Origin: Amphiscolops sp. MND2022
Taxonomy: Eukaryota
Reading direction: 5' to 3'
Length of the DNA stretch: 64,000 nucleotides
Assembly: GCA_964187785.1 (NCBI GenBank)
Contig: OZ076409.1
Location: forward strand, 5,830,001 to 5,894,000
Positions within the stretch are counted from its first letter, which is position 1. Every line of letters begins with the position of its first letter. Below the pieces are notes generated by a model that had not been told where the DNA came from, made no database searches, and was given only the letters and a program-made list of their open reading frames with translations. The translations under genes were made by a program, and so were the position numbers. This document shows, one piece after another, positions 25,101-37,100 of the stretch.

Positions 25101-28100
25101 GTTTTGAATTTACATGAATATAAATACTTGGAGGATTGTCTCTTACAACCCTTTTGACACTTCAGGCAAAAAATTACACTGCTTTTTGATATTATTGTCC
25201 AAAATAGCTAAAATTCACGGTTGGAACACGATGAAATAGTATCAAAGGGCCCCTATTTCAACGCAAATTTTCTCCGCCGTTTCTAAATCTAATGAGCAAC
25301 TTCTAACTTAATAATTCCAAACCAGTTACGTCTCACTCTAAATTGCGTGTGCAGAACCTTCAATCACTCATCCATATGTGTTTTCTACAACTTTGAGGAA
25401 ATGACCATTACGAGTACGCGATTAAATGAAAATTGGTTTAAAAATTGGTTATATGTCGTTTCATCTCCAAAATTAACTCCGGTTAAATCATTTCGGTTGA
25501 ATTAATTTTCAGTGCTCAATAGTTAAAAAGTGTTTTAAAAATTTATCACATTTTCACTGCTCAAGGTCCAGTGCGAAGATCGGATCTCTGATGACATTCA
25601 CATCCCCACCACGCCCGTGTGCAAGAAAGCGTACGACATGCGAAACATCATGGCTACCATTCTCATACTGGCCCAAAACAACGCCCCTCTGGGGTACATT
25701 GGGCACAACGAAGCTACCCATTGAGAAACTACATTGAAACCCATTGAAACTACATATGCAGGGAGCGGATTTTATTGCGTAAAAAAACTCTCAAAATTGC
25801 GCAATTGTGTGCGTAAACATTGGCTCAGATTGCGCATAAAAACTGCATTAAAAGCAAAGGTTTGAGAAGAATTTATTCTGAAATGCGGTTACACCAGGCA
25901 TTAACTGAGTGCATTTTTAGGAGTCAATTTTGCGTATCTGCAATGAAAATTGCGTGGAAATGAAAAAGAGCAAATATTGCGTCATCCTGTGCGTCATTGC
26001 GTGACGCAATCAAATCCGACCTCTGCTACATATTCTGCTACAGTTGAATCCGCCCGCCTACAGTCAACTCCGATCAATTCGTATGCGGATAGTTCGAATC
26101 TTCGTTTAATTCGTATCATGTATCAGAGACCCCCATTTCGCGACGAGCAAAGTAATATCATCCGGAAAATTCGTATTTCTCATTCGTACTAATTTATTCC
26201 GTTCCTAACCATACGAATTAGGCGGATTCGACTGAAATTCGTATAGCTAGTGGCCGAATAGAATAGTACGAATAATGAGAAATACGAATTAACCGGCTGA
26301 TAGTACCGCCGTAGTCGTCGCGAAATGGGGTCTCAGATACATGATACGAATTAAACGAAGATTCGAACTAACCGGAGTTGGCTGAATGCTAGTTGAACCT
26401 TTAAAGGGGTAGCATATTTGAGGCCCGAAAAATTGAGGCCCGAAGCTGTTGTAATTTGAGGCCCGATCATTTCAGTGACTATTAGCGTCAGATAATATTA
26501 TATCAGCCAATATGTATTTAACTTGATTTATTTGAAGAGGTTAGCATATTTGTTGTATGGCTCGGTCGCTTCGCTCCCTTCGCCAAGTAACAACATTGAG
26601 GCATGGCCATACGGCACGTCGCTCCGCTTCGCTTCGCTCCTGCATTTAGGGCACTAGGGGTATGTGATTATAGCTGACTACGTTATCGTAATTAGTTCGC
26701 CGTTGTGTATCACACACAATATTTCGGGCCTCAGATAACATTTCATTATCGGGCCTCAGTTTTTCGGGCCTAAATAAACGTTCCCCTTTAAAGTACTGCT
26801 CGTTATCATCTTAACTTCTCTATTTGAACTTCTCTAGTTTTCTTAACGAGATATTAATTGAAAATTCAAAAGATGTTTTCAAATTTCAACGAGTGGCAAA
26901 TCTGACAAATCTGATAGCTTCAGACAGTGGAATAGGCAGTATTTGTGGACGATAAATCTATACTCTAAGCAGAAATCAGTGGAGAAAACCGCCGAAAAAT
27001 CACAGCAAGAATTTCCGAGGGGTCGAACATACAGACCCGTTGGTCGCTAGACAATAAAACTGAGGAATCATGGACTCGAAAAGAATCGATCAATGGTAAA
27101 TTAGTGGGAAGAATTTGTCGAAACAGATCCATCTGAAGCAAAGCATGGAAAGCGGTATCGAGGAGTAGGGATTAAAAGGAGCGATTCGCTCCCAGCGACC
27201 AAATAGTCGAAAGGCTATTTTCAAGAGCAGGTGATATTTAGCTTCCGAAACGTGCAACTTTACAAAGTGGTACATTGCGTGATTTACTCATACTATAATG
27301 AAGATAATTGAAATTCACTTTTGTTACAAAAGTTTTGCCCGAAAGTAGCGAAAAGGAAAAAGCGAGAGTAGCGACAATTTTCACTTCAGGTAGCGAATCG
27401 CGATCAAAAGTAGCTATTCCATGCTCTGATGTGAAGAAAGGCTGACTGAAGCAAACATGAAATACCGACAACTACACTGAAAATTTGTACACCCTGATAA
27501 ATTCAATTATTATTCTCGCTATCCCGGGATTCCGAGTTCCGTTATCCCGGGAAACCATATTTAATTTCACAATTTTTGCAGATTATATGCTATATATAAC
27601 GATATATAATAACATATAAACAAAAACATTACAGTAGTTTACCTTAGCCCCTGAAAAGGCTTCCTTTGTTTTTCCCCACCACCAACTTTTTAAAGGAAAA
27701 TTTGTGAAAATTTTATAAAAAAAGACTTGAATACAAACCAGAAATCTTCAATTTTATTTCATTTCCAGTGTGACAATTTGGAATTGAGATGCAAACTTTG
27801 TTCACACTATTTTTTTGCGTATGAATTCACGCATTCTTGGGTTGGCCAGAAAGAGTACGTACCGTTTGTTGGGAGACTGTTGGGCGACGATTCTGGAGTT
27901 TGGTATTTGCACTTGATCACTGCACGTGACTGGGGTCGGCGAGGAGGGAGGGGTCAATCCGGAGCGCCCCACGATCACAATCACCCCCGCCGCCGCACTG
28001 GACTCCCCTGAAGCAGCACTACTCATCTGCTCCTCTACACTCATCGGCTTCAATTTTGACGACTCGACCTTATCTTTCACCGATGACGTCACAGCCTTGC

Positions 28101-31100
28101 CGCCGTCCATTGGTTCCATCTTCAGATGCAGACCCGGCTCTTTCTTGACTGAGGAGACACCTTTGTCTGTAAGCATATGAAAGATAAAGATAGACAGACG
28201 CCCAAGGAAAGAAAACCCGAATACACCCGATTACGGTTGAACAAGCCGGAAACGGCCGGAAGTCGGCGCCATATCTAAGGCTCAAAAATAGCAAAAGGAC
28301 TTCCAAGTATTCTCTTCTACGGAAAAACCCAAAAGTTGAACCGAATTGGCACACCAGAGGCGACACTTTGAAATTTTTCATCCATTCTGTCGCAAATCAT
28401 CAAAAAAAATTGAAGGAGGGGCACTTTTGGTGAAAAAAAATTTTTTTTAAAGTCTCACAATGCCGAAAAAACTGAAAGGGGGGACCCTTTGGGATTTTTC
28501 AACATCCGTTCTGTCGGAAAACTTCAAAAAATTGAAGGGGGGACCCTTTGGGAAAAAAAAATTTTCGAAAAAAAGTCTCACAGAGCCGAAAAAAATGAAA
28601 GGGGGGTCCCTTTGAGTTTCTTAGATGATGTAAAAATACTACTTCGCAAGCATCCGTTCTGTCGGAAAACTCCAAAAAATTGAAGGGGGGACCCTTTGGG
28701 AAAAAAAAATTTTCGAAAAAAAGTCTCACAGAGCCGAAAAAAATGAAAGGGGGGGTCCCTTTGAGTTTCTTAGATGATGTAAAAATACTACTTCGCAAGC
28801 TTTTAAAGTATTTTATTTAAATTTGCTAAGTAAGAATTGTAAGATTTTAAGATAGTAAGAATTGTAAGAAAAGTGGACCGATCAGTGTGAGGATTGTAGT
28901 CTGAAGAAAAAACAAGACGAGAACGTCTAAAGTCGGCGCCATATCTAAGGCTCAAAAAGCGTAAAACCATTTTTTTGGAAAAAAATTGAAATTTTTGAAA
29001 AAATTTTTCTTTCAAAAGAAGTCGCATAGTGCCGAAAAATGTAAAAGGGGGGACCCTTCTGGATTTATTAACAAACATTCCGTTGGAAAATATCAAAAAA
29101 CTCAAAGGGGGGACCCTTTGGGGACATTAAAAAATTTTCGAAAAGTCGCACAGTTCCGAAAAAAATCCAAAGGGGGGACCCTTTGGGCACGTCCGGTTTT
29201 GTATGTTTCCTTGAAAAAGTAAAATATGAAAGGGGGAACCCTTTGGAGTAAAGTTTGCCTTGGGCGGACTTGGCCTCAGGTGCTCTGCGCAGAATTGTAA
29301 AAAGTGGACCGATCAGTGTGAGGATTGTAGTCTGAAGAAAAAAAAAGGTCACTGCTATAGTCGGGCATTTTTCCTTAAAAGGAAAACGCGCCGACTAAAA
29401 AGGTCACTGCTATAGTCGGGCATTTTTCCTTAAAAGAAAAACGCGCCGACTAAAAAATGAAAAGAAAATATTGGAGATATTATCAATTTAGATGGTGTTT
29501 TTAGTCGGCGCATTTTCCTTTAAGGAAAAAAGCCCGACTATTACAGTGGCTAGTTTTTTTTTTTTCGTCAGACCACAGAGCTCATCGCGTATGTACCACT
29601 TTTTACAGAAACTGATAAGTTCACTCAGGTTAGTTCGACCAATGCAAACTTACTGCAAAGGGTCCCCCCTTTCGTTTTTTACCTTTTTTACGTAACCTAC
29701 AAAACCGGAAGACTCCAAAGGGTCCCCCCTTTCAATTTTTTTTTCGGCACTGTGCGAATTTTTTTTTCGAAAATTTTTAATTTTTCAAATAAGTCCCCCC
29801 TTCGGATTTTTTGATATTTTGCAACAAAAAGTATGTTAATGAATCCCAAAGGGTCCCCCCTTTTCATTTTTCGGCACTATGCGACGTTTCCGAAGTTTTT
29901 TCAAAAAAAATTTTTCAAAAAAAATTTTTTCAAAAAAATTTTCAAAATTATTTTTGTTTCCAGTCGAGTCGGGAAAAATGATTTTCCAGTCATATCGAGC
30001 ATGCAAGGCACACTTTGGGTGTCTCGAAAGTGTTTTCAAAGCTTTTCATGAATACATCCTGGGCATATTTAGAAAACTCTGAGCTTTTTGAGCCTTAGAT
30101 ATAGCGCCGACTTTAGACGTTCCCGTCTTGTTTAAATTTCAAGCTCAATATTATTTATTTATTGTATTTGTACACTACTTTTTTTACGGAATCTATCATG
30201 GTTTTAGTTAAAAAAAGGTCAATACAGTGTTTTTTGAGGCGCAAAAGACTTTGGAAAAATTTCTTACCTTGTTTCATCGAAATGGATAAAACTTTCACGT
30301 GATACAATGAAATCACAACACTTTTTGGAGCGAGTGGTTTCTGCTTACTCCAAAGGATCCCCCTTTGCCCCTATGCTAGCTTGGCTCTGGTTTAAAACGA
30401 ATGAAGTTGGGCAATTTTGCATCACCTAGTGCTAGTTGTCAAGTTGTTGCACGGCCTGGCCTCTATAGTTAGGGCAAAGGAAGCAAGTCCCAATGCTAAA
30501 CTCTTACAGGCCAGACTGTATGTGAAATATACATATATCCCTAGAATGTCCGGACCTGCGTTATTTTCCTAAAAGGATTGAACGAAGTATTCATTTTTGT
30601 ATACCGATTTTCAGTTTACAGATTTTCTATTTTAAATGTAAGGAAATTCCTTATATACCGACTCCTGATGTACATGTTTTCCTATTTGAGGAAAATTGTT
30701 CACAGCAAACGGTTGACACCGCTAATTAGCGAATCAGCGGCCGCTTAGGAATTTTTCAGCGATTTCATATCGGTTCAAAAATGCGGTAACTAAACAGAAT
30801 AGTGTTCAAAACTGAAATTAAATTTCTAATAATCCAGTTTCAGTTTTGTTTCAGTTTTTATAGTCGGCGCTTTTCTTAAGAAAAGAGTAGACTAGCCATT
30901 ACTTTTCGTCAGTGTTTTTGTTTCGATACACCTGAAGTGACCAAAATAGTTCTACCAAAAGTTCTACAAAATTTTAAGGCGCCAAATTGTACCTTTTGGC
31001 CCAGTGAACTGGACTATAACATTTGTTCCTTTTATAGCATAACATACAAAACTCGACGAGGCTAAAGGGTCCCCCCATTGGCAATAGACAAAAACCTGCT

Positions 31101-34100
31101 GAAATAACTTTGTGTTTCAATTCTAGTTTCAGTTTTAGTTTTACTTATTTTGGCAATTCAGTTTTAGTTCCAGTTTCAGTTTTTTCAAAAATCGTTTCAG
31201 TACCTAGAGTTTCAGTTTCGGTTTTAAATTCAGTTTCAGTATTGAACACTAAACAGATGTCCAAATTCAAAATTTCCTCTGAGTAAACCCGGATTTACAA
31301 AATAAATTTGAAAAATTCCAACTCTTAACCCTCGTAAAACCCACACAGTATAAAAATTCTTAGCAAATCTAATTTAGATTACAATTCAATTTTGAAAGTT
31401 ACTTTCAGTTAAGCATTCAAACTGTTTGGAAAAAACCCTTTTCAGCGAAATAGCGATTCTTAAATTAGCGATTTAGCGGGGAAAATGAACGATGTCAAAT
31501 CCTGGTTAACAGTACACTCCACTGCGTTTATAACGATTACGCGTATAACTATATTCCGGTTATAGTGGTCCCGGCCACGATGCTAGTATATAACGATTTT
31601 CGCCTATAACGATATTCGGATATAACAATTAAAAAACGCTGGTCCCTGGGCAATCGTTATAAGCTGAGTTGAGTGTAATACGAAAACGTGATAACATACC
31701 AAGCGAAGAGTCTTGCGTGTCGGGGGGAGCCAGCCCCAGCCCATTGACTTGCTGCTGTTTGGAGTCCTCCTTCTTCACAGCAGAGCTGCTGCAGGAAAGA
31801 GAAGCCGCGGCTTCTGCTGCACTTTGGTCCATGCTGTCTTGATCACTAGAAGAGTTGGTCGTCTGTTGCTGCCTGTCCTCCTTCTCTTCACAGGTTGAGG
31901 AGGCAGAACAAGCCACTGCCGAAGATTCTTCCATCGACACCGGCTCCGATTTGATCTTCACCGCTTTCGCCTAAAAACAACACACCAAACTTCTCATCTC
32001 CTCTTTGAATAATCAATTAAATAACATGGGCGTCTCAGGCGCAAAGGACTTCGAAATGGGTAAAACTTTCACGTGATACCATGAAACCACGACACTTTTT
32101 TGGCCACCATGAAACCACTTGTAGTAACAACAGAATACTATAAGGATTTGTTGCACCAGGACTTGTTGTGGAAGGATATGTGGTTGGTTTTTTCTATTGA
32201 TCTAAGACTTTCGAGAAAACTGGATTTCGTCAAAAACTGAATTTTGAGAAAATATATATCTTTTTTGTGCAAAAAATCCCAATTTTCTCAGCTTTGGAGA
32301 CATATTCCCTTTTTCTAATGCTTGTGCCATTCAAATCAATCTAGGTACCAATTACGTGTTGAAAAATCTGTGCTAGAGAAAATGGGCTACTGGCAAATGG
32401 AATCAGAATTTGGAGAAAAGGAAGGCTGCTTTAAAGCACCGATATGTTCATTGGGGTTAAATAAGAAGAAACTGTACTATCAATGTGAATCAAACCTCGG
32501 GTATAGAGACGGGAGTCAACTCGGTCGTTTTTTGGGAAGTTTTAATATCTATTATTCAGAATTTTCAAGTTAAAGTATTCAATAATAAAAAAAACAGGGC
32601 ATTTCCAAGGGCTCAATACTTCACGGAAAATCGGAAAAAAACGACTGTCCATGAATAACATTAAGCTTAGATCTTGAAGTATGCAATAATTTAAATGATC
32701 CTTTATAAATAAAAAAAAAACTTTTTTCCTTTAAAAATCCTTTTAAAAAATGGAAATGCACAACACTGACCTCAGTTGAGGACATGGATGCGGCGGAAGA
32801 GATGGCGGAATCCACACTGGAGGAAGAAGTGCAACCAGCTGCAGAGACGCCCCCTTCGGCTGCTGCTGCTGCTGTCTTACCGACCTGTGACGTAATCTCT
32901 GCCCCCCCGCAGAAGGACCCGGAGGCGGCAGTCACGGCGGCCTCCCCCCCTTCAAACAACTCGGGCGTGGTGCTCGCAGTCTCCTCGGTGGTCTGTCTGC
33001 CCGAAGACGAGGTCTCGTTGCTCTCCGTGCTCTCCGAGCTGGGGGTATCCGAGCGACTCGTGTTGTCCTGAAACGACCCCAACACCTGTGTTCATTCCAA
33101 GGCTGTCTGTCATGTTGATAACAAACTCTTATTAACCCTAATTAACCTAGTGGTACTTTAAAGCAGCCTACCGTTTTTTAAATTTTTGTTTTGTTTTGCC
33201 AACACCCCATATTCTCTAGCACATTTTTCTTTCAGCCATTCATTGCTACCTGAATAGATTGATTTGAATGGCACAAGCACTAGAAAAAGTGAATATGTCT
33301 CCAAATCTGGGAAAAATGATTTCTTTTGCACAAAAAATGGTTATACTTTTCCAAAATTCAGTTTTTGGCGAATTCCAGTTTTCTCAAAAGTCTTTGATCA
33401 ATAGAAAAAACCAACCACATACCCTTCCACAACAACTCCTGGTGCAACAAACCCTTATATATTCTGTTGTTACTACAAGCCCCCGCGCAGCGGGCCGCAC
33501 GAAGTGCGGAACTGCCTCGAAGCGGCGGTACCGGAAAAAGAAGCTAAAATTCTGGAGAAAGGGGCGCGCGGCGACAGGGGCTCACCTGAGCAAAATGAAA
33601 GCTCAATACCAGACCTTTCAAACGCGCTATAGTTTGTTTCTCTGGTACGCGTAGTTGTGGTGATATATTTTTTTAAATTTTCATTCAAATTTTTTGAGAA
33701 TTTGCAAAAACGCCCAGGTCAATTAGGGTTAAAAACGATGTTTTTACATGTTTTTAGTCGGCGCTTTCATTAATAAAAGAGCCAGACTATTACAGTCACT
33801 CGTTTTTAAAGACAGACTCGAAGCGACGAACGTTAACGTTCAGTTTGTTCACCTAAAGGAAACTAAACGAATACCCGGCAAACGCACCTAAGTTATTCCA
33901 ACGGGTCCACCATTGGTTTTTTACTTTTTAAAAGTAGCCAACAAGACAGGAAGAGTGTAAAGGGACCCCATTTTGTTTTTTTTGGGCACTGTGCGACATT
34001 TTCTGTAAATTTGTTTTGTCTCCAAAGGGTTCCCCCTTCGATTTTATTTGAGCCTTGTAGCGATATAGCGCCGACTTGAGACGTTCCCGTCGTGTTAATA

Positions 34101-37100
34101 GATAACAGAGAATGTGTTGTTTCAAGACAATTGATATGCCTCGAGAAAAAACCGTGTGGCTCCGGGTGGGTTTCGCCCTAATCTTTGTCGATATTGCATG
34201 TTCTATTTAAGATGATGCGGTTCCATTTTCGGCGGGTTTAGAGAGGTTTTTATCGACAATGGGCCTCGCATATGGAAAACTGAGAAGTTCTCTGGAAGTT
34301 GAGAAGATGTCATTTCTGTTCCGCCAGCTGAACCGTTCAAGCTTCAACATTGAATTTTATAATTTTGACATTTTAACACGTTAATTGCGAATTTTAACAT
34401 GTCAAAAAAGTTTTAAAAAATGTGTGAAATCCAATTAATGTTTTTGACAGTTAAAAATGACAGCCCTGGGTCATTCATATTTAATACATTCAAGGAGGCT
34501 CTTCAGATCTTTTTATCTTTTAATCATTATCTTTACCCAACAAACCCGATTCATATCGTCGAAAGAATTCCATAGTAGTGATTATTTTAAGGTTATTATT
34601 CGAAGAAGTTAGCATATTTGTTTTAAGGCTCGGTCGCTTCGCTCCCGTCGCCAAGCAGCAACATTGAGGCATGCCTATATGGCACGTCGCTCTGCTTCGC
34701 TTCGCTCCTGCTTTTAGGACACTAGGGGTATATGTATGTGCACATAGCTGATTAGATTATGGTAATTAGTTCGCCGCTTGTGCCGTTTTCATTTTACTGG
34801 AATTTGATTAGCTCATACCTTTTGTTTAGCACGCTTGTAAACTTCAGCATTATTGTCGAAACTGCTTCGAGACTTTCGTTTCTTCTTCTGGGTCGACGGA
34901 CTCTGCACCGGAGACTCCTGAAAACAACAAAACTTTCTTTATTCTCCCATAAAACTTTCGGACACAGAGTTGAAAGCTAGACTAGCAAAATTCTCCAACC
35001 CTCGGCCCAAAAATTGAACTCGCCGGGAACGGCCCAAGTCGGGGCTCCGCTCAAGGTTTTCTAAAAAGTTTTTTTAATATGCAAAAAGACACTGTCAATT
35101 TTACAGTGTCGAAAAATACCCGAACGCATAAGACTCGAAACTCACTTTTTCCCAACTGCAAAAAAGTCTCATAGTGCCGAAAAAGGAGCGATAAGCTCAC
35201 CAAACGCTTTTTTTCTAACTGAAAACATTTTTAAAGTGAACTTTTCAAAGTACACCTTGATGAAAGTCTCTACTATAATCCGAAAAATCTATGAAAGCGC
35301 CCCTTTCTATTAAAACCCAATTTTAGCTTTCGTTTCCAGTTTCATACGTATACGGTTTCCGAGTCTTATACGTATCCTTTGAAGTATTTTTCAGCACTAA
35401 GAAAGTGATATTTTTTTTAAAAAAAAAGTGTCCTTTGCATATTCGAGAAACTTGAGCGGGGCGTCGACTTGGGCCGGTCCCGGCTTGTGAAAATATTGTT
35501 CGAGTCAAACCTCAAAAAATATGAAACTAGAAGCAGAATGCTTTTGCACACAACCGACAGAACTGTTTTCTTGACAATTAGGTTCTCGTCAAACTGACTA
35601 CTAGCAAGAATACTATACTCAACTCCGCTTATAACGATTGCCTGGGGACCGGCGTTTTTCAATAGTTATATCCGAACATCGTTATAGGCGAAAATCGTTA
35701 TATACTAGCATCGTGGCCCGGACCATGAAACTATCGCTATAACCGGAATATCGTTATAAACGTAATCGTTATAAACGGAGTTGAGTGTACTAATACAACT
35801 CACAGGCAACGAATTGGCACTGTTTGCCCGTGCAGCGGCAGAGACTGAGTTGGTTCCACTGGGGGCGCCGGTTTTGGCGGCCTCCACCGGCTTGAAGAGG
35901 TAGGGCGAGGGGGCCTCGGCGGTCTTGGGTAGGCGCCCGTACTTCTGGTAGTCGAGGCGGCACTCGAAGCACAGCAGCAGTTTCTCCTGACCCCAGTGCA
36001 CGAAGCTCTTGGAGGCCGTGGTGCCACAGTGCTTGCAGCTGAAGGCAGACTCCGAGGGGTCCACGATACTGTCGTCAGACTCCACGTCTGTTCCTGAGTT
36101 GCCAACTTCTGCAACAAACAAACAAACACGGTAATGGGTGATGATTAGGCTTAGGATTTATATGTATATCCATATTCCATGTTTTTCCATATTTCGCCTT
36201 ACATAATTTTATTTCCACAATGATAAAAACTAATCCATATTTAGCTGAATTGATACATTTCTGAGAAGATATTATGCTATTCATGAACGCCCCAATGGTC
36301 AGTGTCGACGTGGAGCGAATTGTTTCGCAATACGGAACCATATTGGAACCTCAGAGACAGCGACTGACTGTTGAGAATATCAAAAATGATGCGCTGGTGC
36401 TATTTAATAATTTCAGTTAAATGCTGATTGTTTGAATTCGCATATTATGGGGCATAAGTTTTTGTTTCGAAGATTTAGTCAGTTAAAAATGGTAATTTTT
36501 GTCCAAATTTTGGCCAAATTTTGTATCGCTGTATATTTCGCTGTTTTGTTCTCCATATTTTATTGCATATAAATCCTAATGCTAGTGATGATCATCAGTC
36601 GGGGAAGAAGTGGGTTGGTTTCTTTCATCACTTTGTGGGTTGGTTTTTTCGGCACTGTGCGACTTCGAAAAATTTTAATTAACTCAAATTAAATTGCAAT
36701 TTTTTCAACCTTGAGGGTTCTGACATCGTTAATTTTTTCCCGCTAAACACTACACCCCTAATATCAAAATCGCTATTTCGCTGAAAAACTTTTTCTTCGA
36801 ACTATTAAATGTTTGGATTCAAGTATATTTCAAAATTCAATCATAACTTAATTCAATTTTTGCTAGAAAAACGAATAGAATTCTCATTTTGTGTGAGTTT
36901 TGCGAATATAAGAGTTGGAATTTTCGGAAATTCGTTTTAAAAATAGTTGTCACTAATAGAATCACTGAAAAAAAGTCTTGCACGGCCGCTAATTTGCTGA
37001 TTAGCGATGTCAAAACTCTGCTGTTGATAACTACAACTTGAAGGACTAGTATTTGCAAAGCTTTCAAGCCTACAGTGCTATCCCCAAAAGTCAACATAAA

